Origin: a virus
Taxonomy: Duplodnaviria; Heunggongvirae; Uroviricota; Caudoviricetes
DNA: 64,000 bases
Strand: one strand, 5' to 3'
IMG/VR virus record: IMGVR_UViG_3300042402_002792
Position numbers and translations under genes: made by a program. This document shows, piece by piece, positions 47,077 to 56,335 of the stretch (within the stretch, counting starts at the first letter, position 1; the number at the start of each line of letters is the position of its first letter). The notes beneath the pieces are model-generated. The model did not search any database and had not been told where the DNA came from. It saw only the letters and a program-made list of their open reading frames with translations.

Positions 47077-48072
47077 ATGGCAACATTACAAGATACAACG
47101 ATTGCTAGTGCAGGTTATTTAAGGTTACCTGTTGGTAATACTGGACAACGAGGCCAAAATGGTGCCGGAAGCATTAGATATAACACAGATCAAAGTGCAG
47201 CCGAAATATGGAATGGTACTAACTGGAGTAGGGTTGCAACAATTGCACCACCATTTCCTCCAGGACAAAGTAATTATACTAGTGGAGGAACATATACATG
47301 GACTGCTCCTAGTCCAGTAACTTCAGTTAACGTTCTAGCTATCGGCGGCGGCGGCGGTGGCTTGAACGATTGGGCAAATCCAGGTGGCGCAGGTGGCGGA
47401 CTAGGTTGGGCAAACAATATTCCAGTAAACCCAGGACAAGGATATACAGTAGTAGTTGGAGGAGGTGGCGGCAACGGTAGTAACGGTGGAACTAGTTACT
47501 TTCAATCAACAGCTACAGTATCAGGATACGGTGGCGGATCAGGGTGGGGAGGACAAACAGGCGGCCCTAGTAGTAACGGACGTGGCGGCGGTTATGCAGG
47601 TGGTGGCGGCGGTGCTGGCGGCAATGCTACTGATTGGACTGGCGGCGGCGGTGCTGGCGGATATACTGGTCGAGGTGGCAACTTAAACGAATGGGCTCCT
47701 GCTGGTGGTGGTGGCGCAGGCGGATTCCATCATAGTTCACACCTTGGAACAGGTGGGGGCGGCGGTGTTGGAATTTATGGACAAGGAAGTCCAGGACAGG
47801 GATTTTATACTCCATGGAATGGACAAAACAGTCCAGGCGGTGGCGGTCTTGGTGGATCAGGCGGCCAGTTAGGCCTATGGGGTCAAAACCCATGGAGTTA
47901 CAGTGGCGTAGAATCTAATAATATTTACGGCGGCCAATATGGCGGTGGCGGTGGCGGACCAGGAACTGGCTGGCCAGCAAGTTCAGGTGATGGTGCCACA
48001 GGAGCAGTTAGAGTTATTTGGGGAACAACTGTAAGTAGAGCATATCCAAGTACAGGTACAGGAGATCTATAA
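47077..48072 (+). CDS. Glycine-rich fibre-tip/adhesin-like protein
   Basis: N-terminal LPVGNT.QR...G.IRYN module followed by poly-Gly stretches (AIGGGGGG...GATGAVRVIW) with many Trp residues. Confidence 0.7.
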   Translation: MATLQDTTIASAGYLRLPVGNTGQRGQNGAGSIRYNTDQSAAEIWNGTNWSRVATIAPPFPPGQSNYTSGGTYTWTAPSPVTSVNVLAIGGGGGGLNDWANPGGAGGGLGWANNIPVNPGQGYTVVVGGGGGNGSNGGTSYFQSTATVSGYGGGSGWGGQTGGPSSNGRGGGYAGGGGGAGGNATDWTGGGGAGGYTGRGGNLNEWAPAGGGGAGGFHHSSHLGTGGGGGVGIYGQGSPGQGFYTPWNGQNSPGGGGLGGSGGQLGLWGQNPWSYSGVESNNIYGGQYGGGGGGPGTGWPASSGDGATGAVRVIWGTTVSRAYPSTGTGDL

Positions 48073-48668
48073 TGGATGAAGAACTATACATTAGAATGTT
48101 AAACGGTCGTCCAGTGGATCATCCTATGTTACGTAGCAACATAGAATCTTCATTCCCTGATGTAGATTTTGATAACTTACCAGACTGGTTAGCTAGATTC
48201 GAAAGAATTCCTAAACCAACTACAGACGGACCTTATGAAATTGTAAACGGTCCAGTGTATGTTGTTGTTGGAGATACTGTAAAGGATCAATGGTTTAAGC
48301 GTGAAATGACTGAAGAAGAACGCTTAACAAAACAAAGTAGAGCTAGAACAAATTTTCTAGCTGACGAAGGCAATGCTACTCGTCGATCAACATGGGTGTT
48401 TGATGAAATACAATGTGCATTCATTCCTCCTATCCCACACCCAACAGACGGCAAAGGGTATCTTTGGAGTGATGCTAATCAAAACTGGATAGAGGTAATA
48501 CCGCCAGAAAGAACTGAATGGATTGAAGGCACTGGAGGAATTCGACGTAAACCTCTTCCTTTAGAACCTGGACACTGGGTATGGAACGAAGAAACATCAG
48601 ATTGGGTGAAAAATTCAGATTCACCTAATTCAAGTATGCAAGAACCTCCTCCATTCCCTCTTCCGTAA
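48072..48668 (+). CDS. Pro/Trp-rich fibre-associated protein
   Basis: Repeated PP.P.P...Y.W.E...W motifs; start overlaps the upstream stop (TAATG). Confidence 0.6.
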   Translation: MDEELYIRMLNGRPVDHPMLRSNIESSFPDVDFDNLPDWLARFERIPKPTTDGPYEIVNGPVYVVVGDTVKDQWFKREMTEEERLTKQSRARTNFLADEGNATRRSTWVFDEIQCAFIPPIPHPTDGKGYLWSDANQNWIEVIPPERTEWIEGTGGIRRKPLPLEPGHWVWNEETSDWVKNSDSPNSSMQEPPPFPLP

Positions 48669-48691
48669 TCAATATTACTTAGACTTTAACT

Positions 48692-48725
48692 AACCCTTGA
48701 TAACTAATATTATCAAGGGTTTTTT
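48692..48725 (+). terminator. 12-bp inverted repeat plus T-run at the fibre/island boundary (terminator or RBS-sequestering hairpin)
   Basis: AACCCTTGATAA-CTAATA-TTATCAAGGGTT, then TTTT and ATG 48726. Confidence 0.6.
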
Positions 48726-49343
48726 ATGAGTAATTACAAAGGTATATCAAATTCAATTAGATCTAGATCTTTAATAACACAGCCTTTTTGTTACTGGACT
48801 GGTGTTTTTAATGATCGAGAATTAAGTGAGATTCAAAGAATTATGGCCAACGATTCGTTAACTGATTCAATGATATCTGGAAATGTTGGAGTTATTGATA
48901 AAGATATACGCCGATCTAAAGTTAGCTTTTGTACTTGTACTGAACAAACTCAATGGATATTTGATCGACTAAATCCTATTATTGATAATTTAAATACTAG
49001 ATTTTTTAATTTTGATATTAACGGCTATGATACTTTACAGTACAGCGAGTATCATGCTAGTGAAAATGGAAAATATGATTGGCATGTTGATATGTATATA
49101 GGAGAATCTCCGCCTACTGACATAGATACAAGAAAACTATCATTAGTTGTTTGGTTAAATGACGACTACGAAGGCGGAGATTTTGAATTAATTTGTACCT
49201 CGCTCGACAGTCCTGTTACTATACCTAAAGAAAAAGGAAAATTAATTATATTCCCTTCGTTTTTATTTCATAGAGTTACACCAGTAACACGCGGTGTTAG
49301 GAAATCTTTAGTATCTTGGATATACGGACCTAAATTTAAGTAA
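48726..49343 (+). CDS. 2OG-Fe(II) oxygenase (PKHD/prolyl-hydroxylase-like)
   Basis: YDWHVD, RKLSL, YEGGDF, FPSFLFHRVTPVTRGVRKSLVSW (HxD...H...RxS). Confidence 0.92.
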   Translation: MSNYKGISNSIRSRSLITQPFCYWTGVFNDRELSEIQRIMANDSLTDSMISGNVGVIDKDIRRSKVSFCTCTEQTQWIFDRLNPIIDNLNTRFFNFDINGYDTLQYSEYHASENGKYDWHVDMYIGESPPTDIDTRKLSLVVWLNDDYEGGDFELICTSLDSPVTIPKEKGKLIIFPSFLFHRVTPVTRGVRKSLVSWIYGPKFK

Positions 49344-49869
49344 CGTCCCAATTATAAAAATTAAAATTTATTACACAACGATTTTTTGCATTAGTACATG
49401 TTGTACCAGTATGCATAATGTTAGAGTCAAAAATTACCATTCGATTAGCTACTGAATGTACTCGCTCACCGTTTTGAAATAGTGTATAACCGTCGTTAGA
49501 GTTAAGATAAAATACCGAAGTTTTTCCTTTGAAATTTAATATATCTGTATGTAACTGATGTTCAACTATCTTGTCTGCTCTAGGTATAAGATTAGCTTTT
49601 ATTTTTAAGATAGCCGACGGATTAAGTTTTATCAAGATAGGATCTAATACTTGAAAAAACTCACTACATATTGTATAGTTTCTATAAAATGCGTGAGTAA
49701 ATTGATAATCATAATAAGATGCTAAGTCACTTTTTTCAGCATTACTTAGAAGAGCATGATTTACAATATATTTGTTCTGAAACCAAGGAATATGCGATCC
49801 TAACAAAATATCTTGTAATTTTTCAAAATCAGTTTTGTTTAGAAAGTTATCTACAATTTTAAAATCCAT
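49336..49869 (-). CDS. 2OG-Fe(II) oxygenase (phage type)
   Basis: HTD...YLNSNDGYT.F...NRMVIFD...HTG...RCVINFN. Confidence 0.85.
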   Translation of the reverse strand: MDFKIVDNFLNKTDFEKLQDILLGSHIPWFQNKYIVNHALLSNAEKSDLASYYDYQFTHAFYRNYTICSEFFQVLDPILIKLNPSAILKIKANLIPRADKIVEHQLHTDILNFKGKTSVFYLNSNDGYTLFQNGERVHSVANRMVIFDSNIMHTGTTCTNAKNRCVINFNFYNWDVT

Positions 49870-49874
49870 GAAAA

Positions 49875-49904
49875 TATTTATGATGATTTTTTTTAACGTA
49901 AATA
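49875..49904. promoter_or_regulatory. Back-to-back late promoters (- ATAAATA 49881-49875; + TAAATA 49899-49904)
   Basis: Each lies 4-5 nt from the ATG of its divergent gene. Confidence 0.65.
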
Positions 49905-49908
49905 AAAG

Positions 49909-51375
49909 ATGAAAAACACAAACTCGATACTGATTGTAGGTGGAGGTACAGCTGCCTTAATAGCCGGAATAATTCTTAAGAAAAAACTAAACATTCAAGT
50001 TGACATAGTCCATTCTTCGAACATTGGTATTATTGGTGTCGGTGAAAGTAGTACAGAACATTGGCGAGAATTCTGTACATTTGTAGGAATAAATCACGTT
50101 GAAGCATTAGTGGCCTGTAATGCTACTTATAAAACAGGAATAACTTTTAAAGGCTGGGGTAAAAAAACATGGGTGCATCATGTTAATCCAGATTTTGCAA
50201 AAAAATGGGGTCAATATTCTCCTATATACGCTAAACAAATAGCAGAGGATAGTTCTTACCTAGCACCAGATTTTATACGAAATAATAAATTACCGAAACA
50301 TCTTCTTAATAAACCCGAAGTATGGCCTGCTAACCAATTTAATTTTGATACTTATAAATTAAACGAGTATCTCACCTCAATAGCTAAATCATTTGGTATT
50401 AACTTTTTTGACGATGAAATTAATGAAATTTTTTTAGACGATCAAGGAAACATTAAGAATTTAAAAGGTAATAAGTTTATCTATGAATATGATTTTTATC
50501 TAGATTGTACAGGCTTTAAAAGATTGCTGATGAATAAGTTAGGCTGCGAATGGCAGAGTTTTTCAAAATATTTAAAAACTAATTCAGCAATTGTGTTTCA
50601 AACTCCAGACACTGATAATTATGAAGTAACGGTTACTGCCCAAGCAATGGATTATGGCTGGATGTTTAGAATTCCAACATACGGCCGATACGGAAACGGA
50701 TATGTTTTTGATAATAATCACATAACACCAGAGCAAGCTAAACAAGAAGTTGAATCAAAATATTTTAAAGATATTGATGTGAGAAAAGTTATTACTTTTG
50801 ATCCAGGTCAGGTTAAAGAGCCCTGGATCAAAAATTGTGTAGCTATAGGACTAAGCGGAAGTTTTATTGAGCCTTTAGAAGCAACTAGTATATCTACAAC
50901 TATCCAACAAGCATTTGTACTAATGCATCACTTGCCATTTTACGATGATAAATCGATAAAGAAATATAATACAAGTTTTACTGATATACTTGAAAACATT
51001 CGTGATTTTATTATAATACATTATCTAAACAAGAGTGAAAAAACAAACTTTTGGAAAGAGTATAATCAAATTAAACTACCAGATTCTTTACAAGAAAATT
51101 TAGATATATGGAAACATAGACTTCCTATAGCTGAAGATTTCGCACACCTATCATCATATGTATTATTCCATGCTGATAACTTTACATTAGCTCTTAACGG
51201 TGTAGATCATTTTGATAAAGAATCAATTAGAAAAGAATACACGGCACAAAATCCGTATATACAAGCTGAATCTGAAAAACAACTTGACTATTTAAAATAT
51301 CAAGACGGTAATACTGTTTGTATTAATCATAAAGATTTTGTATCATTAACAAGAGGGGTTTTTAATGTCAATTGA
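49909..51375 (+). CDS. Flavin-dependent tryptophan-halogenase-family protein
   Basis: GGGTAA, IGVGESS, ATYKTGI.F (catalytic Lys position), DCTGF, GWMFRIP and FIEPLEATSI. Confidence 0.9.
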   Translation: MKNTNSILIVGGGTAALIAGIILKKKLNIQVDIVHSSNIGIIGVGESSTEHWREFCTFVGINHVEALVACNATYKTGITFKGWGKKTWVHHVNPDFAKKWGQYSPIYAKQIAEDSSYLAPDFIRNNKLPKHLLNKPEVWPANQFNFDTYKLNEYLTSIAKSFGINFFDDEINEIFLDDQGNIKNLKGNKFIYEYDFYLDCTGFKRLLMNKLGCEWQSFSKYLKTNSAIVFQTPDTDNYEVTVTAQAMDYGWMFRIPTYGRYGNGYVFDNNHITPEQAKQEVESKYFKDIDVRKVITFDPGQVKEPWIKNCVAIGLSGSFIEPLEATSISTTIQQAFVLMHHLPFYDDKSIKKYNTSFTDILENIRDFIIIHYLNKSEKTNFWKEYNQIKLPDSLQENLDIWKHRLPIAEDFAHLSSYVLFHADNFTLALNGVDHFDKESIRKEYTAQNPYIQAESEKQLDYLKYQDGNTVCINHKDFVSLTRGVFNVN

Positions 51376-51976
51376 GATGGTATTTCCTATTCCAGTAATG
51401 CTGGACAAATTCCATAGGTCTTTAACAACTGAAGAAATGGATTATGCAAGATCTGTTTCTTTAAGAAAAAATGTTTCTAATCGTAGTTCTTCTGAGACAT
51501 ATGTTCTTAAAAATCCTATGTTTAAAGAACTAAGTAGCTGGTTAGATTCTAAAGCAAAGAAATTTTTTTATGATATCTATAATCCGTCAGGGCAAGTAGA
51601 ATTATATATTACACAATCTTGGATCAATCATAGTGAAGTTGGAGAAGAGCACCACGTACATGCACATCCAAATAGTATTGTTAGCGGAGTTTTTTATTTT
51701 GATGCAGATCCAACCGTTGATAAAATTACTTTTGTAAAAACTATTACTAAAGATATTGATATAATTCCTGTACAATATAATCCTTTTAATTCAAATACCT
51801 GGTATTATAGTGTTGATATCGGACAATTAGTATTGTTCCCATCGACCTTAAAACATACTGTTGAATCTGTTTTGCCTTCGCCAAAACGTAAAACAAGAAT
51901 CAGTTTGTCATTTAATACATTTATTAGAGGACATATAAATCCAGGCATTGAGTTATCGGAGTTAATATTACCATGA
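51365..51976 (+). CDS. Putative 2OG-Fe(II) oxygenase (TIGR02466-like)
   Basis: SWIN...HAHPNSIVSGVFY...FPSTLKHTV...RISLSFN. Confidence 0.85.
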   Translation: MSIEMVFPIPVMLDKFHRSLTTEEMDYARSVSLRKNVSNRSSSETYVLKNPMFKELSSWLDSKAKKFFYDIYNPSGQVELYITQSWINHSEVGEEHHVHAHPNSIVSGVFYFDADPTVDKITFVKTITKDIDIIPVQYNPFNSNTWYYSVDIGQLVLFPSTLKHTVESVLPSPKRKTRISLSFNTFIRGHINPGIELSELILP

Positions 51977-52530
51977 ATTACGATTTACGTAACTATTGCA
52001 AAGTATATCATAATTACTTTGATGAAGAGTTTTGTACCAAAATACTTAATTCAATTAATACAGTTGAATGGGGTGTTCATCGATACTATACACAGACTGG
52101 AGAGTACGTAAGTACTGATACTGATTTATCAGTATCATTTAGTGAAATACCTGAGAGTTACAATATACATAATGCAACAGGACAACTAGTAACACATTAC
52201 CAACAAGAGCTTAATTTTCCATGGTATGGTGGCTTTCATGCCATTACTACTGCTCGGTTCAACAGATACGATAAAAATACAAATATGATGCCCCACTGTG
52301 ATCATATACATTCTTTATTTGACGGCGAAAGAAAAGGCATACCGATATTGTCGATAGTTGGTTCATTAAATAATGATTATACAGGCGGCGAATTCATAAT
52401 GTGGAACGAAGAAAAAATAGACCTACCAGCAGGTTCCGTAATGATTTTTCCAAGTAATTTTTTATATCCGCACGAAGTTAAACCTGTCATAACAGGAACT
52501 AGATATAGTTTTGTTCAGTGGGTTTGGTAA
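51973..52530 (+). CDS. 2OG-Fe(II) oxygenase (prolyl 4-hydroxylase-like)
   Basis: HCDHIH...LNNDYTGGEF...FPSNFLYPHEVKPV..GTRYS. Confidence 0.9.
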   Translation: MNYDLRNYCKVYHNYFDEEFCTKILNSINTVEWGVHRYYTQTGEYVSTDTDLSVSFSEIPESYNIHNATGQLVTHYQQELNFPWYGGFHAITTARFNRYDKNTNMMPHCDHIHSLFDGERKGIPILSIVGSLNNDYTGGEFIMWNEEKIDLPAGSVMIFPSNFLYPHEVKPVITGTRYSFVQWVW

Positions 52531-54231
52531 TTATTTAAAGTATATCAACGTTTTGATATCTGGCATATACAAATAATTAATCCCAGAATTCCTGCATGAT
52601 TCGAATGCACCTTCTACTGTCTCAATAATAGGTTCATGACTAAGATTAAAACTAGTGTTCATTAACATAGGAATGCCAGTTTTTTTATAAAATTCTGAAA
52701 TTAAATTGTAGAAAACTATATTTTGATTTTGATTTACTGTTTGAATTCTACAAGTACCATTGACATGCACTACAGCTGGAACTTGTTCTTTAGCATTATC
52801 CTTAGCATCTAATGCAAACATCATAAATGGACTAGACTCTAACCCATGCAGTTCGAACCATTTATTAGCTTCTTCTTCGAGTATAGAGGCAGCGAACGGT
52901 CTAAATTCTTCTCTACCTTTAACTACGTTAAGTAATTCTTTACCATTTGTAAGTCTTGGATCACAAAGTAATGATCTATTACCTAATGCTCTAGGTCCTG
53001 ATTCTGCTTTACCTTGAAATAATGCAACAACACTTCCGCTCCTAATTACTTCAGCAACTGTTGCTTCATCAACATTTTTATATTCAAATTCTCCGTCTTG
53101 AATTTTATAATTATATGTAGGCTCTGCTCCGCATAGATAGACATTTTCAAGTTTATTAGCCTCTTTACTACCGCAATTTTCATAGTGATAATATCTAGCC
53201 ATACCTATACAATTTGCTTCATCTCCACATGTGGGTTCTACATACATATTAATATCTGGAAGATTCTTTTTATAATAGTTGTTAGCTACAACGTTTAAAG
53301 ATACACCACCTGTTAAAATTAAATTGTTTCTTCCTGATTTTTTTAAAATTTTCTCTAAAAAATTTAGACCTTGGGTTTCTAAATTCTTTTGTGTTATGTA
53401 CGCTAAATTTGAAAGCTTTTCTTGATTATTCATAGCTTCCGAATACTTACCCCATGCAAAATGTCTATGATTGAAATTAGCATCAAAATAATGTGACGAC
53501 ATATCAAAAATACCTTGCTCATTTATAAAAGGTTTAAAATAGTCATCATCTTTACCGTAAGCAGACAATCCCAACATTTTGCCACCTTCGTCGTCAAATC
53601 CTAATGATCTACTCATTGCTTCATACTGTAATCCTATATCATAGTCGTTTCTGATTTGAATTGTAGCATTTTTTGTTTGCCAAACCGGCCAGTTTTCTTT
53701 CGATGCCCCAAAACCGTTATCCCAAATAATTGTTGTATTATCGTCTATTTTTCTAGGAGTATAAAATCTTTTATAGATTGCTGTAAAATTATTAGGGTAG
53801 TTAGCTAAAAACACTGTAGTAGTTTCGTATGCAGAATAGCCATTATTTAATGAATAACAAGATCCTTTTCCGTCCCATACAACAATTACAGCATCTTTCA
53901 TTCCAGAATTATAAAAAGCATTAGCAGCGTGAGCAAGGTGATGATTTCTATTATTATAATGATAAGAAAATCTTCGACTAAATTTAACACCTAGTTTTTT
54001 TAGCAACGAAATTATTGAGATATCTTCACTTTTGTATGAATCATAACCAGTAATTACTAATTTGTCTATGGTTATGTTTAATTTAACAATTTCTTTAATA
54101 CAATTTAAAGGAAAACCAGAATCTTTTTTTATTCTAGAAAGACGCTCTTCTTGATTAAAATATATAATGTTATTATTTTCTAATAAGCATACAGATGATA
54201 GGTGATGCTTTTGAATACCTAAAGTAATCAT
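52531..54231 (-). CDS. Carbamoyltransferase (NodU/CmcH/TobZ family)
   Basis: EERLSRIK, HHLAHA, DGKG, GGVSLNVVAN, ESGPRALGNRS, VKGREEFRPFA and NTSFN. Confidence 0.93.
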   Translation of the reverse strand: MITLGIQKHHLSSVCLLENNNIIYFNQEERLSRIKKDSGFPLNCIKEIVKLNITIDKLVITGYDSYKSEDISIISLLKKLGVKFSRRFSYHYNNRNHHLAHAANAFYNSGMKDAVIVVWDGKGSCYSLNNGYSAYETTTVFLANYPNNFTAIYKRFYTPRKIDDNTTIIWDNGFGASKENWPVWQTKNATIQIRNDYDIGLQYEAMSRSLGFDDEGGKMLGLSAYGKDDDYFKPFINEQGIFDMSSHYFDANFNHRHFAWGKYSEAMNNQEKLSNLAYITQKNLETQGLNFLEKILKKSGRNNLILTGGVSLNVVANNYYKKNLPDINMYVEPTCGDEANCIGMARYYHYENCGSKEANKLENVYLCGAEPTYNYKIQDGEFEYKNVDEATVAEVIRSGSVVALFQGKAESGPRALGNRSLLCDPRLTNGKELLNVVKGREEFRPFAASILEEEANKWFELHGLESSPFMMFALDAKDNAKEQVPAVVHVNGTCRIQTVNQNQNIVFYNLISEFYKKTGIPMLMNTSFNLSHEPIIETVEGAFESCRNSGINYLYMPDIKTLIYFK

Positions 54232-55700
54232 ACAGGTCCTCTTTGTAAATGTTGTAATAAATCTTTATGATATGGAGCTTCGCTATGCATATCATTTAAT
54301 ATCTTTTTATATAAATCAAGAGATTGAAATATATCTTCATAAAATGCTAGTTTAAATTTTTGTTTGAACATATCTAGTCCGTGAGCAACTAGTAAAAAAC
54401 TATATAGAGGAAAATGACAGATAGCAAACACATTTTCTACATCTAATGGTCTTAAATTAGCATACTCTATTCTATGAATAAATTCTTTTAAATGATCGGG
54501 AGTTTTATTTTTTTCTCTAAATTCACGCCAAAACAAACTATCATTTCTTTTAGTTAGATAATGGAAGTGTACAAAATCAGCACACAAGTCAGTTCCTTCT
54601 GTTACCATCTTGTTGTAAGCTTTTTGCGATTCTGCACTAGGATCAAATATTTCGTTAATGTACGATTTAAAATTGTTTAACTGCATCAAAGCTAACCACA
54701 ATGATGTTGATTCTAACGGTTCTAAGAAATTAGCACTAAGACCGACTGCTAGACAATTTTTAATCCATGCTTCGTCGTATCTACCTGGATCAAACGAAAT
54801 AATTTTTCTAATATCAATTTCATGACCTAAGTACTCTTCTGCCTCTTGTTTAGCTTGATCCACAGAAATATAGTCTGAGTCAAATACGTATCCTGCACCT
54901 ATTCTATGTTGCAACGGGATGTTCCACATCCAACCGTTTTTCATAGCAATACTAGATGTATACGGAGCAACATCGTCTTTATTTTCTAACCAGAATGGTA
55001 TTGCTTTTTTTGCAGGCAGAAATTTACTATAGCTTTGCCATTTAGATTTATATAGCTTTCCTATTAGTAAACGAGAAAAACCTGTGCAATCAAAAACAAA
55101 ATCACAGTCAATTATTTTTTCGCTTTGTAGTTTTAAAGATTTTATAAATCCATTATGATCTAAAACAGGTTCTAAAAATATGTCATCGATAGCTTGCACA
55201 CCACGAGATTTTCCTATATCTTCTAAATAGTCTGCAAACTTAACCGAATCAAAATGTAGTGCATATTTTGTATTTTTTAAATCAACTTTGTTGTTACTAG
55301 CTAATTTAATTTGATACATGTAGTCTTCAAAGTTTAAATTTTTATTAATTAAGAATGCTTGAAAGTAATGATTAAAATCTCTATTAGTAAACGTGCCTAT
55401 ATTAGTTGAAGACATAGATTCTGTAAAGTCATGGAAATATTTAGAATTATCGCCATTCCAGTTTTCAAAACTTATACCGTTTTTTATTGTTCCTTTGGTA
55501 ACTCGTATCATATCCAAAGGATCAATATCGTGATCTCTTAACCAGTTTACTAGATGCGGAGTAGTAGCTTCACCTACTCCGATGATACCTATTTCTTTAC
55601 TCTGAATTAACGTGATAGAAGCTTGAGGTAGTAATTTTTGCATAGATATTGCAGTAATCCAACCTGCCGTGCCACCACCTAAAATTACAAATTTTGTCAT
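54228..55700 (-). CDS. Flavin-dependent tryptophan-halogenase-family protein
   Basis: GGGTAGW, IGVGEATT, TIKNGISF, DCTGF, canonical GWMWNIP and FLEPLEST. Confidence 0.92.
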   Translation of the reverse strand: MTKFVILGGGTAGWITAISMQKLLPQASITLIQSKEIGIIGVGEATTPHLVNWLRDHDIDPLDMIRVTKGTIKNGISFENWNGDNSKYFHDFTESMSSTNIGTFTNRDFNHYFQAFLINKNLNFEDYMYQIKLASNNKVDLKNTKYALHFDSVKFADYLEDIGKSRGVQAIDDIFLEPVLDHNGFIKSLKLQSEKIIDCDFVFDCTGFSRLLIGKLYKSKWQSYSKFLPAKKAIPFWLENKDDVAPYTSSIAMKNGWMWNIPLQHRIGAGYVFDSDYISVDQAKQEAEEYLGHEIDIRKIISFDPGRYDEAWIKNCLAVGLSANFLEPLESTSLWLALMQLNNFKSYINEIFDPSAESQKAYNKMVTEGTDLCADFVHFHYLTKRNDSLFWREFREKNKTPDHLKEFIHRIEYANLRPLDVENVFAICHFPLYSFLLVAHGLDMFKQKFKLAFYEDIFQSLDLYKKILNDMHSEAPYHKDLLQHLQRGPV

Positions 55701-56293
55701 AGTCCGGATATTCCTGCATTAAATGCTATTGAGATTCTGTCAGAATCTAACAAGTTAGGTTCGACATAATGATTTAAAAACGATGGAAATATTATTAAGT
55801 CTCCTGGTTTAGGTTGAATACGCCATGTACCGGATGTAAAATCATTCCAGTCAGTAACAATATCGGGATTAATATGATATTGAAAATTTATAGCAGGATG
55901 TAAAAATACTATGCCACCTCCAACTTGCTCATCAGATTTAACATAATAGCTTCCTGAAAAAATAGACTTTGGATGTACATGTGGTCTATTAAAAGCAGAC
56001 ACTGGATTAATATTAATCCAAATATTTTCTAACGATATTGTATTTTTTTCTGTCTTAAGTTTCCAACACTCGGCAACTTTTGTAAGATTGTGATGAATCA
56101 AATCCGCTAGTTTTCCTATTTCTGCATTCGGAATAGATAGCGAATCACTTTGCCAACCGCCTGCATTGCTTTTTAAAACACCGGTTGAGTTCTCTTTACA
56201 GTGGTAGCAATAATTTATAAGCTCATTATTGTCAATTTCTGTAAGTGATGTAGATGCAATAAAGCTCGTAAAAACTGTTTCTATTTTAAGCAT
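55697..56293 (-). CDS. Putative 2OG-Fe(II) oxygenase (TIGR02466-like)
   Basis: SNAGGWQS, WININ...HVHP..IFSGSYYV...FPSFLNHYV.PN...RISIAFN. Confidence 0.85.
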   Translation of the reverse strand: MLKIETVFTSFIASTSLTEIDNNELINYCYHCKENSTGVLKSNAGGWQSDSLSIPNAEIGKLADLIHHNLTKVAECWKLKTEKNTISLENIWININPVSAFNRPHVHPKSIFSGSYYVKSDEQVGGGIVFLHPAINFQYHINPDIVTDWNDFTSGTWRIQPKPGDLIIFPSFLNHYVEPNLLDSDRISIAFNAGISGL

Positions 56294-56296
56294 TTC

Positions 56297-56322
56297 ATAA
56301 ATAATATTAGCACTTTATTTAT
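56297..56322. promoter_or_regulatory. Face-to-face late promoters (+ ATAAATA 56297-56303; - ATAAATA 56322-56316)
   Basis: Both motifs lie in the 42-nt gap between divergent genes. Confidence 0.65.
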
Positions 56323-56335
56323 CAAGGGTCAATTT

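Noticed and set aside
16441-48668. Diversity-generating retroelement or invertible fibre cassette
   Set aside because: I saw no reverse transcriptase or invertase, and no adenine-specific template/variable repeat pair or flanking inverted repeats.
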